A stretch of 64,000 bases of DNA from a virus, in the IMG/VR virus record IMGVR_UViG_3300033076_001343, positions 8,271 through 72,270 of that record; one strand, 5' to 3'. Below the pieces are notes generated by a model. The model saw only the letters and a list, made by a program, of their open reading frames with translations, was not told the DNA's origin and made no database searches. The translations under genes and the position numbers were made by a program. Positions 35,983 through 45,217 of this stretch are shown here, in pieces; the first letter of the stretch is position 1; each line of letters opens with the position of its first letter.

Positions 35983-36018
35983 TAAAAAGTTGTATATTTG
36001 TATTCTAAAATTTAAGTC

Positions 36019-36693
36019 ATGAAAATAGTATTCATCAGCGACACACACGGAAAACATGAAGTTTTAACAACCAAGGCATATAATAACATCTTGGGTGAAG
36101 GGGATATCCTTGTCCACGCAGGAGATTGCACCAACTTAGGAAAAACTCACGAAGTTAAAGAGTTTTTGGATTGGTTTTCTAACACACCATTCACTCATAA
36201 AGTATTCATCGCAGGTAACCATGATTGGGGATTTGTAAAAAACCACGACATTGCACCTGAATATAAAGAAAAAGGGGTTCATTACCTTTTTGACAGTATG
36301 GTTGAATTGGGTGGTGTTAAAATCTACGGAAGTCCATGGCAACCTGAATTCTACAATTGGGCATTCAACCTACCAAGAGGAGAAAAACTAGCTGAGAAGT
36401 GGGCAAAAATCCCTGAAGGTCTTGATATCTTAATTACTCATGGTCCCGCACATGGAATGGTTGACCACACTATGCAAGGTCTAAATGTTGGTTGTGAAGA
36501 TTTGTTCACCAAAATTTTGGAAGTTCAACCAAAAATCCATGTTTGTGGTCATATCCATTGGGCTTATGGTCAGAAATCATTCCATGGGGTTGAGTTCTTA
36601 AATGCAAGTGTCTTAAATGAAAGATATCAATACCAAAACAAACCAATCGTAATTGAGTATAATCCTGAAACTAAAGAAATTGAGTATGTCTAA
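36019..36693 (+). CDS. calcineurin-like metallophosphoesterase (second copy, distinct family)
   Basis: SDTHGKHE, HAGDCTNLG, AGNHDWGF, ITHGPAHG, VCGHIHWAYG motifs; TATATTTG upstream. Confidence 0.85.
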   Translation: MKIVFISDTHGKHEVLTTKAYNNILGEGDILVHAGDCTNLGKTHEVKEFLDWFSNTPFTHKVFIAGNHDWGFVKNHDIAPEYKEKGVHYLFDSMVELGGVKIYGSPWQPEFYNWAFNLPRGEKLAEKWAKIPEGLDILITHGPAHGMVDHTMQGLNVGCEDLFTKILEVQPKIHVCGHIHWAYGQKSFHGVEFLNASVLNERYQYQNKPIVIEYNPETKEIEYV

Positions 36694-36997
36694 AGATTTG
36701 TGTGATTGCGGAAAAGTTGCAATTTGGAGTTATGGTCCTGGGTTTTCAAGTGGGGAGAATCCAAACTTTTGTGATGATTGTGTCCCTCGTGGATGTGATT
36801 GTAATCACAGATATACTGATGTCAATGCATACCATCCCGCATTAGAAAATCCTGATTTACCTGAAGGTGAGGAAGGGAAGGATTGGAAATGGGTTGATGA
36901 TGAAAAAAGATGTTGGTGTAATATAGATGAAAAAGGAAGAGAATATCCATGTGCGGAGTATTTCTACGATGAAGAAGGTTGGGATTCCGAAGATTAA
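36686..36997 (+). CDS. small Cys-rich protein
   Basis: MSKDLCDCG...CDDCVPRGCDCNHRY...CWCN; start chosen at the internal Met. Confidence 0.45.
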   Translation: MSKDLCDCGKVAIWSYGPGFSSGENPNFCDDCVPRGCDCNHRYTDVNAYHPALENPDLPEGEEGKDWKWVDDEKRCWCNIDEKGREYPCAEYFYDEEGWDSED

Positions 36998-37000
36998 GAA

Positions 37001-37038
37001 AAAGGAATATGTAAATTAAACATATTCCTTTTTTTTTT
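37001..37038 (+). terminator. intrinsic terminator
   Basis: GGAATATG-TAAATTAAA-CATATTCC + T10. Confidence 0.6.
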
Positions 37039-37050
37039 ATATTTATTAAT

Positions 37051-37686
37051 ATGGCAGAACAAAGTCAATTTTCAAAATTACCAAAAAAACAATTAGTGTT
37101 AATTGCTGAAAAGTTAATTGATGAGGATTTTCCAACAGGGAATCCTTATGATAGTTATAGTTTTTCTGAGGCGTATGAGACATTATCAACCATTGGTAAA
37201 TATTTTAGTATTACTGCGGTTCATGAAGATGTTGAGTTCTTCTCAAAATTTCTTGAAATGAATGATGATGTTCTTGCAGACATATTTGAAACGGGGGACA
37301 AAACTCTATATGACAAACTTGTAATCCCTGTGGCACAAACATATGAATTACGTTACAATGTTTGGGGGTCGTGTACCTTTGACGACTATATGGGCCAAAA
37401 ATTTGATTCTTATGATATGAATTGGGTTGAGGATTCCGCAAGACAACAAAGAGATGACGGTAACTGGGATTTATTTGATGGTTATAATGTTAGTGACACA
37501 ACATACGATAACTTTGATACCTCAGATTATAGTTTTGATGAGGTAAGATATGTTAGTGAACCAGTTAAAGAATCTTTATTAAATAGATTGGTTCTTGAAA
37601 ATACAAGTGAAGTTGTTTCGTCTTTAGATAGAGAAACATTATTAAAATTAAAATCAATTATTGATTCAAGACTTAGGTCCCTTTGA
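37051..37686 (+). CDS. hypothetical protein
   Basis: 211-aa ORF. Confidence 0.5.
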   Translation: MAEQSQFSKLPKKQLVLIAEKLIDEDFPTGNPYDSYSFSEAYETLSTIGKYFSITAVHEDVEFFSKFLEMNDDVLADIFETGDKTLYDKLVIPVAQTYELRYNVWGSCTFDDYMGQKFDSYDMNWVEDSARQQRDDGNWDLFDGYNVSDTTYDNFDTSDYSFDEVRYVSEPVKESLLNRLVLENTSEVVSSLDRETLLKLKSIIDSRLRSL

Positions 37687-37974
37687 TTTTCTCTTTGGTT
37701 TCATTTCATCAACCAAATCACCTAATGTTTTTTTCTTAGTATTTGCAGTTTCAAAACCTTTCTTCCATTTGTGTTCAACAGAAACAGGTCCTGATTGGGT
37801 TTTAGAATAATCATACTTCCAAATTGAAATACAATCTTCCGTTTCGTATACTCTCTCGAATTTTGTTTGTTTTTCTGGTTTTTGTGACATATCACAAATA
37901 TACGAATTTTTTTTATTCTTCGTTAAGTTTTTTCTCTTTTTGTATTTGACTAACAATGTAACCAGCAATTGCAA
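37666..37974 (-). CDS. hypothetical basic protein
   Basis: 102-aa ORF. Confidence 0.4.
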   Translation of the reverse strand: MQLLVTLLVKYKKRKNLTKNKKNSYICDMSQKPEKQTKFERVYETEDCISIWKYDYSKTQSGPVSVEHKWKKGFETANTKKKTLGDLVDEMKPKRKSKGPKS

Positions 37975-38188
37975 ATTCTAAACCAGCCCAAAGAGTGATG
38001 TCGGATGATGATAAGTTATCAATATTCTTAATTAGGAAATAAATCATTCCCCACTGACCAACAATAAATGCAATACCTGATTCGATTCTTTTTTTAGAAA
38101 AATAAGAATCTTTATTACTATATAAATTAATTAACTCTTTAGTTAACCATTTAATGTTTGTCCAACCTAAAAACCATTTTTTCTTCAT
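37913..38188 (-). CDS. small membrane protein
   Basis: 91 aa with two hydrophobic segments. Confidence 0.4.
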   Translation of the reverse strand: MKKKWFLGWTNIKWLTKELINLYSNKDSYFSKKRIESGIAFIVGQWGMIYFLIKNIDNLSSSDITLWAGLEFAIAGYIVSQIQKEKKLNEE

Positions 38189-38201
38189 ATCTATAAATAT
38201 C

Positions 38202-40022
38202 TTAAGGTGTTACTCCAACATGGAGTATTAAATTACCTATATGAGCACCACTACCCCAACTATAAGTATACGACCCCACAGTACAACCTAAAGTCGATAA
38301 TGTTTGTCCTGTGAAAGTTGATTGAGACGTTAAAGTTGTGTTTGAAACATATCCCGTAGGAACAAGTAATTGGTAATCACCTGGCCCGAATAGAAGAATA
38401 CCCATAGGGTCTCCACTTCCAGTATTTGCATTAATTTGACCACCAGAACCAAAATTACTTGGGTATGTTGTTACGCCGCTATATACATCGGATGAGACAA
38501 CTGAACCACCCGCACCTGAACGTAAAATTGATGTACTGGCTCTAACCAATCCTTGGAATGAGGCATTGAATGAATATGACAAATCAGTTGTGTCGAATTT
38601 ACCCGTACCCGACATAACTACATCGGAACCTGATTCAAATAAATACATATTAAACACCGAAGAAATTAATGGTTGTGACCCTGTTGGTGTCTGAGTTACT
38701 GTTGGTGTGTTAGTATTTGTTGGTGTTGGAGTATTAGTTGGTGTTTCAGTATTAGTTGGAGTCGGGCTAACCTCAATAAAATTAGATGATAAGAAATCGT
38801 ACATTTGACCTATTTCAGGGAAAGTTAATTTTCTATCATAGAAATAAAGATTTGCAACGTAACCAAAAGGTTGTCCACCTAATAAATTATTTGCCCACAT
38901 AACATGTATATCTCCACCAGCACCTGCGGCAACAGTACCAACTTGAGTTCCATTAATATAGAAAATTTCAGAAACATTGTCACCAACAACGGCATATTGT
39001 ACCCACATATCTTGAATTGAAGTAACGTCGTATCCTGAATCCACAAACCCAAAATTGTAATATCCTAAATTATCGGTACCAACCTCAACTAACATTGGTA
39101 TATTATTATTTGTCCTAAATAACGTTCTCCAATTAGCGGAACTTGAATTTATTCTTGCCCATCCAACATAAGTATAACCACTCGTAGGCAGGGACGGACC
39201 TGTACCAATTACTTGAATTAGGCTATTACCTGTAGTACAATCAAAACACTTAATACCGTTTAATGTCGTAAAGGCCGCTCCCGAAGATAAAATATTATCA
39301 TATGAACCAGCCAAATCATAAACAGTTGTACCTGAACCAGGATAACTAATAATATTATTAGCATCTAATTGCATTATAAGGCCATTAGTTACAATATTTG
39401 ATGTTGGGGTAACTGTTGGAGTATTGGTTGGTGTTTGAGTCGGTGTCTCAGTATTAGTTGGTGTTTGAGTTACTGTTGGTGTTTGAGTCGGAGTCTCAGT
39501 GTTAGTTGGCGTCGGTGTCTGAGTTGAAGTTTCCGTATTAGTTGGTGTTGAAGTTACAGATGGAGTACCTGTTGGTGTTGGTGTTTCAGTATTTGTTGGT
39601 GTAACCGTAGGAGTTGGAGTTGGATTATTAGTAGGTGTCGGTGTTGGAGTTGATAAAACCCATGAATTCCAATATCCGTTATTTGTTAAATAAATAGATG
39701 CATCATTCCCACTTGCAAATGGTGCTGGAGGACCTCCAACAAATTCATTTGCCAATTCTAAGAAAGAAGGTTCAGTTAGAGCTTGGGACCTTTTAAATCC
39801 TAAACAAGCAAGAATCCCAACGGGTGTTGGTCTATCACAACTAGGCACTGGATAACATATCACATAACCATTTGTTTGGTCTGGACCTCCCCACCATTGT
39901 AGTCCTCCAAAATTCGCACTATACTCCACATCAACCTCTTTGACTGCAATATTACCAACTTGTGTTGTACCTGAAATTAAAGAACCCGTATTATATGCGA
40001 ATATATTTTGAACTACTGACAT
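38202..40022 (-). CDS. fibre-like protein with Thr/Pro linkers and concanavalin/LamG-like domain
   Basis: N-terminal ~130 aa paralogous to the 40058 product; (TPTxTNTE)n linkers; central LamG-like beta-sandwich signature. Confidence 0.65.
   Translation of the reverse strand: MSVVQNIFAYNTGSLISGTTQVGNIAVKEVDVEYSANFGGLQWWGGPDQTNGYVICYPVPSCDRPTPVGILACLGFKRSQALTEPSFLELANEFVGGPPAPFASGNDASIYLTNNGYWNSWVLSTPTPTPTNNPTPTPTVTPTNTETPTPTGTPSVTSTPTNTETSTQTPTPTNTETPTQTPTVTQTPTNTETPTQTPTNTPTVTPTSNIVTNGLIMQLDANNIISYPGSGTTVYDLAGSYDNILSSGAAFTTLNGIKCFDCTTGNSLIQVIGTGPSLPTSGYTYVGWARINSSSANWRTLFRTNNNIPMLVEVGTDNLGYYNFGFVDSGYDVTSIQDMWVQYAVVGDNVSEIFYINGTQVGTVAAGAGGDIHVMWANNLLGGQPFGYVANLYFYDRKLTFPEIGQMYDFLSSNFIEVSPTPTNTETPTNTPTPTNTNTPTVTQTPTGSQPLISSVFNMYLFESGSDVVMSGTGKFDTTDLSYSFNASFQGLVRASTSILRSGAGGSVVSSDVYSGVTTYPSNFGSGGQINANTGSGDPMGILLFGPGDYQLLVPTGYVSNTTLTSQSTFTGQTLSTLGCTVGSYTYSWGSGAHIGNLILHVGVTP
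39400..39660 (-). repeat. in-frame degenerate tandem repeats encoding the (TPTxTNTE)n linker
   Basis: Repeating GGTGTTTGAGT/GGTGTCTCAGT/TTAGTTGG units; similar tracts at 38680-38770, 40500-40570 and 41390-41580. Confidence 0.6.
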
Positions 40023-40057
40023 GAATTAAATTGATTACTAATAAATACTTTTATATC

Positions 40058-41941
40058 TTAATAAGTTTGTGCAGTATTCCAAGTGTTCCTTGATGCGGTT
40101 GCCGAGAATCCTGAAATAGTACTTAATGTTGTCCATGTAGTACCGTTATTACTTCCTGCAATAGTCCAAGATGCAGGGTCTCTACTTACCTCATCATTTG
40201 CAGTTGCCCATCTATACCCTGTAAATGCCTTAGCACTTGAGAATTGGAATATGAAGTTAGTTATGTTTCCATTTGTTACAAAGTTCAAGTCAAGCGCTTT
40301 AGTTGTTAAGTTTCCGTCAACCAAGTTTGGTGGAGTTTCTCCTACAGGATTATTTCCATTAGGATTTGTAACAGTCACACCCGCCATACTTTGGTCAACA
40401 CCTCCAATTTGGAATACAAATTCTGCCGCCTGTACACAATTACCATTAGGTGGGGTTGCTCTAGCCTCGGTTATTTGCCATCTATAATATGTGTATGCAG
40501 GTCTTGTTGGTGTTGGGGTTTGTGTTTTTGTTGGAGTTTGTGTCGTTGTAGGAGTTGGTGTTGGAGCAATTGATGTTGCAACATATGTACCATTTCCTGT
40601 AAATGTTAGAATGGTATTTGAACCGTTAGTTGTTACGATTGGTGAACCAGTGTAAGTACCAAGTTGGTTTGTCGGTATTGATAAGATAACAACCCCTTTG
40701 GACCCATTACCACCAGCACCGCCATTTGTGGCGCCACCTCCACCACCAGAACCATATCCTGTTGCATTGGCTCCCGAGCCACCATTTTCAACGCCACCAT
40801 TTCCACCTCCTCCAGTCCCACCTGAAGACGCAGATACACCAGTTCCTCCACCTCCACCACCACCGCCAGCATATACTACTGCTGAACCTGTAATGTTAGA
40901 TGTGGTACCATTACCACCATTACCACCAGTTGCACCTGAACCTGAAAGACCAACTGATGATGAACCACCACCTCCACCTGCTGCAACATTACCTGGATTT
41001 GTACCTCCACTATAACCTGCAGTTGCGCTTCCACCCAAACCACTACCAGAACCTGCACCACCAGCTCCACCACCTGAAGCGCCAGTACTACCTGAGGTAA
41101 CTTGTGTTAGGTTAATATTATAACCTCCTCCACCACCACCAACTGCAGACAATGAAATTGAACCTCCGACAAATGTAGTTGTGCTACCATTAGACCCTTG
41201 ACCTGAACTTGCACCAGTACCTCCATTACCAATTGTAATTGTATATGTGGTATTACTTGTTAAATTAGTAGTACCACTGATAACTTGACCGGCACCACCA
41301 CCGCCACCCCAGTTAGCACCACCACCAGCACCACCACCAATAACTAAGTAATTGGATGGAGTTATTAATCCTGTTGATGTTGGAGTTTGAGTAACTGTCG
41401 GAGTTGGTGTTTTGGTTGCTGTATTAGTCGGCGTTACGGTATTAGTCGGCGTTACGGTATTAGTTGGTGTTTGAGTTTGGCTGGCAGTAATACTTGGAGT
41501 TGGTGTTTGAGTCGGAGTTGATGTTAATGTTGTTGTTGGTGTTTGAGTCGGAGTTGGCGTTACAAGTACAATGACCCATGAATTCCAATAACCGTTATTC
41601 GTTAACCATATTGATGCGTCATTACCTGTTGTAAAATTTTGACCAAACGAATTATTTACCAAAGATAAAAATGACGATTCATCAAATGGATTTATCATTG
41701 TCTCAGTACCATAAAACCCTACGGATGCCGTAACACCTGATATATTTGTTGGTTGGGTATTATCGGGTACAGGTACCGCAATAACATAACCCAAGTCTTC
41801 ATCAGGTCCCATCCACCATGTTACACCACCAGGTCCTGAACCATAATCCTGTGGAACATTCCCAATTGCCAAATCACCAAGTTGGGTTGTACCCGAAATT
41901 GATGGTCCTGGATTATATGCAAAGGGTCTTGTTGTTGCCAT
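40058..41941 (-). CDS. fibre-like protein with Thr/Pro linkers, Gly-rich region and C-terminal F5/8 type C (discoidin)-like domain
   Basis: Paralogous N-terminus; 200-aa poly-Gly/Ser/Ala tract; C-terminal ...RDPASWTIAGSNNGTTWTTL... is typical of discoidin domains. Confidence 0.65.
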   Translation of the reverse strand: MATTRPFAYNPGPSISGTTQLGDLAIGNVPQDYGSGPGGVTWWMGPDEDLGYVIAVPVPDNTQPTNISGVTASVGFYGTETMINPFDESSFLSLVNNSFGQNFTTGNDASIWLTNNGYWNSWVIVLVTPTPTQTPTTTLTSTPTQTPTPSITASQTQTPTNTVTPTNTVTPTNTATKTPTPTVTQTPTSTGLITPSNYLVIGGGAGGGANWGGGGGAGQVISGTTNLTSNTTYTITIGNGGTGASSGQGSNGSTTTFVGGSISLSAVGGGGGGYNINLTQVTSGSTGASGGGAGGAGSGSGLGGSATAGYSGGTNPGNVAAGGGGGSSSVGLSGSGATGGNGGNGTTSNITGSAVVYAGGGGGGGGTGVSASSGGTGGGGNGGVENGGSGANATGYGSGGGGGATNGGAGGNGSKGVVILSIPTNQLGTYTGSPIVTTNGSNTILTFTGNGTYVATSIAPTPTPTTTQTPTKTQTPTPTRPAYTYYRWQITEARATPPNGNCVQAAEFVFQIGGVDQSMAGVTVTNPNGNNPVGETPPNLVDGNLTTKALDLNFVTNGNITNFIFQFSSAKAFTGYRWATANDEVSRDPASWTIAGSNNGTTWTTLSTISGFSATASRNTWNTAQTY

Positions 41942-41962
41942 TTACAATAAATATAACACAAT

Positions 41963-41993
41963 AAAAAAGGGGGACTAAACCCCCTCCTTTTAT
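41963..41993. terminator. bidirectional hairpin terminator
   Basis: A6-GGGGG-ACTAAA-CCCCC-TCCTTTT. Confidence 0.5.
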
Positions 41994-42592
41994 TTAATTA
42001 TTCTATCGTCGTGAGTGAAAATCTCCAAAGTGGACGACTTACCACTATTGTCTAACCAATCGACAATTTCAAGTTCTTGACCTTTATAAAAAATCTTGTC
42101 AATAAAATCCCAATCACCATTTGGAGTTTCAATACTTCCTGTTGAGTAAGTGAAGTCTTTTGCGGTTGGGATTTCATCTGTTTCAAATTCCATATAATAT
42201 AAACCACCTTTACTTTCATCAACACTCAAGTAAACGTTTCTTGTCTCATCTTCTTTTGGAAATGCATCGTACCCAACGTAATCATTTTCTTCATGATAGT
42301 TTTCATCTAACTCACCAGTCTCATCAATGTCAAAAGCTAAAACTTCTTTTTCCATATCATCTTCAACCGTGAAATACATGGTTCCATTATCAAATGATTT
42401 TGAGATATGGAATAACTCACCATCCCAAATGTCGATGTTTATTAATTCATCGAGGTCATAACGAACTTCCCAAAGTTCCTCATAACCCACTTTTTTCATT
42501 AAGTCTTCAATTTTTTTAACTTGTTCATCTGTAAGTGATTTACCAATCGCTTCCAACGACCATCCATAACAATTTAATTTATACTTCGCCAT
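41990..42592 (-). CDS. hypothetical acidic protein
   Basis: 200-aa ORF. Confidence 0.5.
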   Translation of the reverse strand: MAKYKLNCYGWSLEAIGKSLTDEQVKKIEDLMKKVGYEELWEVRYDLDELINIDIWDGELFHISKSFDNGTMYFTVEDDMEKEVLAFDIDETGELDENYHEENDYVGYDAFPKEDETRNVYLSVDESKGGLYYMEFETDEIPTAKDFTYSTGSIETPNGDWDFIDKIFYKGQELEIVDWLDNSGKSSTLEIFTHDDRIIK

Positions 42593-42682
42593 AATGTTTC
42601 AAATGTAATTAAATATTTATGGTAAAACAAGCCTCCCAACTTAGTTGGGACTTTTAGGACCGTTACTGTTATGGTAACACGA

Positions 42683-42712
42683 AAAGGAGGGATTCGCTAC
42701 CCCTCTTTTTTT
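42683..42712. terminator. hairpin + T10, bidirectional
   Basis: GGAGGG-ATTCGCTAC-CCCTC + T10, preceded by two further hairpins at 42638-42680. Confidence 0.45.
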
Positions 42713-42713
42713 T

Positions 42714-43007
42714 TTATAAGTTAATCCCGTCTAAAAATTTTTTAATAGTTCTTCTAAGTGTTGGCGTGTCTATATGTACCCATTCTTCCTGAAGATAATT
42801 AAACAATTTACCCACCAAATATTTTTTGTTTGAATTAATTGTATAGGTTTTACTGTCTATTGATAACTGTTTAATTGGAACTTCCATCCAATCAAATTTA
42901 AATTCACTAACTGGGAAATTTCGTTTAAGGTGTCTTAATAAATCATCAGAAGTATTTCCTTCATATTTGGACATAATTTCTTTACGTTCTTCTTCTGTGA
43001 TTCTCAT
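42714..43007 (-). CDS. hypothetical protein
   Basis: 97-aa ORF; TATATTTATTATT upstream. Confidence 0.45.
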   Translation of the reverse strand: MRITEEERKEIMSKYEGNTSDDLLRHLKRNFPVSEFKFDWMEVPIKQLSIDSKTYTINSNKKYLVGKLFNYLQEEWVHIDTPTLRRTIKKFLDGINL

Positions 43008-43242
43008 AATAATAAATATAGTAGTATTTATTTGTAACTAAATTATAAGATATGGCAAAAGCATCAAAAGGCTCAAATTCAGTTTCAGTTAAAAGAGAGA
43101 AAAGAAAAGTTTCAAGACCTGGAATCCACTCAAAAACTAAAACTTCAAAATTGAAAAATTCCAAAAATTATAAAAAGATTAACCGAGGACAAGGGTAATC
43201 CAACTATAGATTTTTGGTCTATCTTATTGTATTATTATCGTA

Positions 43243-43527
43243 ATGGATAATAAACGAAGACTCTATCGCCTACTCGAAGTATACCTTAATGGTTTTAAAG
43301 GTGACTTGGTGGAAAGTATCTATGGTAAAAAATCACTAATTAAAGTACACACCGTAACTTTTGGTATTTCAGATAACAGTGTACTTGTAGAACTCGTAGT
43401 TGTTTTGGGTGACGTAATAAACGAAGAGACTTTGGACACCTCATTAGCTGAGGTATTAATTCAAGATGCTTTGGTTTATTTTTGGCCTGAGAAAAAAATC
43501 AGGACTTTAGTTAGATGGGATGTTTAA
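43243..43527 (+). CDS. hypothetical protein
   Basis: 94-aa ORF, the only + gene in this block. Confidence 0.4.
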   Translation: MDNKRRLYRLLEVYLNGFKGDLVESIYGKKSLIKVHTVTFGISDNSVLVELVVVLGDVINEETLDTSLAEVLIQDALVYFWPEKKIRTLVRWDV

Positions 43528-43838
43528 TTGATATTATTTCTTAATAACGAACTCATTAGTTCGGCATTTTCTTTCTGTAAATATTCAACTTTAACCGTAA
43601 GCTGAGCAACTTTCTCAGTCAATTCTAAGATAGTTTTTCTCATATTATCTTTTTCATTTGCACTTGTTTCTAATAATGCTTCTAATTTGGCTATTCTGTC
43701 TCTGCAGTCATGACGGATAAAATCCTCATCTTTTTCTCTTTGCATGGCTCTCTTCTCATAAAATCTCCAAGCTGCCGTACTTCCTAAAACCGTGATAAGT
43801 GTAACCACTACCGCCCAAACTGATTCAACGTTCTGCAT
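43524..43838 (-). CDS. membrane-anchored coiled-coil protein
   Basis: N-terminal TM (VWAVVVTLITVLGSTAAW) followed by heptad-like sequence. Confidence 0.45.
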   Translation of the reverse strand: MQNVESVWAVVVTLITVLGSTAAWRFYEKRAMQREKDEDFIRHDCRDRIAKLEALLETSANEKDNMRKTILELTEKVAQLTVKVEYLQKENAELMSSLLRNNIN

Positions 43839-44009
43839 ATTTTTACATTTTTCTAATAAATATGATAAATAAAGAAAAAAGGTCGATTTAGAAAGTTTTT
43901 TGTCTTTTGGTCAGGAGCGAAATAATTATTATTCTTATAGAATAATAATATAATATATAAAAATCTTAAAAATTAAAAAAAAAATAAAAATACTAGTCTA
44001 GTACTAGTT

Positions 44010-44261
44010 CTAGAGAAAATCCAAACAACACTCAAACCCAAAGGTCCCTTCTAATTTTGCACAAATCCCAAGTTCTCTAATATTTTGAGGTTGTTTATCT
44101 TTTAACATTACAAACACACTAAATGAATCAGGAACCCATTTTGATTTTTCATTATCATACACTGAGGTGGGTAATGCTCTGAACTCAAATATTTGATATC
44201 TCTTATCGTATGAATCATCCAATAAAGTTTGGTACATCATCTTTAATCTATCTTTGTCCAT
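44010..44261 (-). CDS. hypothetical protein
   Basis: 83-aa ORF. Confidence 0.4.
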   Translation of the reverse strand: MDKDRLKMMYQTLLDDSYDKRYQIFEFRALPTSVYDNEKSKWVPDSFSVFVMLKDKQPQNIRELGICAKLEGTFGFECCLDFL

Positions 44262-44668
44262 GTCATGTCAGAATTTAACACCACAGAATAGACGTGTTTT
44301 TTATTCCATTCAGATGGTTTAATTAATGATAATGAATGACCACCATCAGAATCCTCATATAAATGATATATTTCACCTACAATTGGTTCAAATTTATATT
44401 TGGACTCGTATACCGTTTGAGTGATTAAAAATGATTTCTGAAGGGTTTCTGCTTGTTCTACGATTTCTTTATATCGTCTGTCAAAAACTTTGTTGACTTT
44501 GTCGAGACCGTTTTTCTTAAATGACGTTAAGTCGGTGGGTTTAATGGACGGGGCACCCACGTTACTTGCATATGGTAATAATCCAGGTCTGTCTGCAACG
44601 TTATCGGGTTTCTTGGTTTCCATGTAAAAAAAAAATGTCCCACTAGTGTGAGACATTAATATAAACAA
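44243..44668 (-). CDS. hypothetical protein
   Basis: 141-aa ORF. Confidence 0.45.
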   Translation of the reverse strand: MFILMSHTSGTFFFYMETKKPDNVADRPGLLPYASNVGAPSIKPTDLTSFKKNGLDKVNKVFDRRYKEIVEQAETLQKSFLITQTVYESKYKFEPIVGEIYHLYEDSDGGHSLSLIKPSEWNKKHVYSVVLNSDMTWTKID

Positions 44669-44687
44669 TCTTTAAATAAAAATCAAA

Positions 44688-45191
44688 TTACTGACCTTTA
44701 ATCATTCCCATCCCGTGTTTTAAGAATTCTTTAGCTCTTGCTGAAATGTGTTGCATTCCATAAACTTTTTCGATGTCTTTTACCAACTCTTCACCATGTT
44801 CATTCTCACGATAAAGCTCGATTATTTTATCCATGGCTGAACCACATTCTTTTTTTGTTTCGTCAAAATAGTTATAAGGTTTGAATGACTTTAAATGATT
44901 CATCACTTCACTTGCCAAGTGTTCACCACCATCCGAAATTTTTGGATGTAATCGAAGGGTCTTTAACAACTCAATTTTATCAACCAAACCATTAACTCCG
45001 TTTGGTCTAATCTGAACACCCTCAATATAATCTTCGGTATCATCGTCACCAACAATTTCTTCAAGAGACTTTACATTCCCACCATGGCAGAATTTTCTGT
45101 CGTCTTCTTTTGTCTCGGACTCTTCTTTAATAAGATAAAGTCTTTTAATTTCTTCTTTATCTGATTCTGTAAGTTGAAATCTTTTTCCCAT
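44688..45191 (-). CDS. hypothetical protein, weak leader-family member (MGKRFQLTESD...LYLIKEE)
   Basis: 167-aa ORF; TATATTTATTGTT upstream. Confidence 0.45.
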   Translation of the reverse strand: MGKRFQLTESDKEEIKRLYLIKEESETKEDDRKFCHGGNVKSLEEIVGDDDTEDYIEGVQIRPNGVNGLVDKIELLKTLRLHPKISDGGEHLASEVMNHLKSFKPYNYFDETKKECGSAMDKIIELYRENEHGEELVKDIEKVYGMQHISARAKEFLKHGMGMIKGQ

Positions 45192-45217
45192 AACAATAAA
45201 TATAACAATAAAGTGAA

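Noticed and set aside
40698-41100. Pro-rich and His/Leu-rich ORFs on both strands inside the Gly-rich fibre gene
   Set aside because: Frame artefacts of the GGN/ACN repeat DNA; the long minus-frame ORF 40058-41941 is continuous and has the fibre N-terminus.
38680-41580. Short tandem DNA repeats considered as a CRISPR array or satellite
   Set aside because: Repeats are degenerate, in-frame and coding (Thr-Pro linker). There are no spacer-like unique segments and no cas genes.
42593-42713. Three consecutive hairpins as a possible riboswitch or sRNA
   Set aside because: The last hairpin with T10/A10 flanks is adequately explained as a bidirectional terminator for gene 42714-43007. There is no promoter-like motif upstream on the plus strand.
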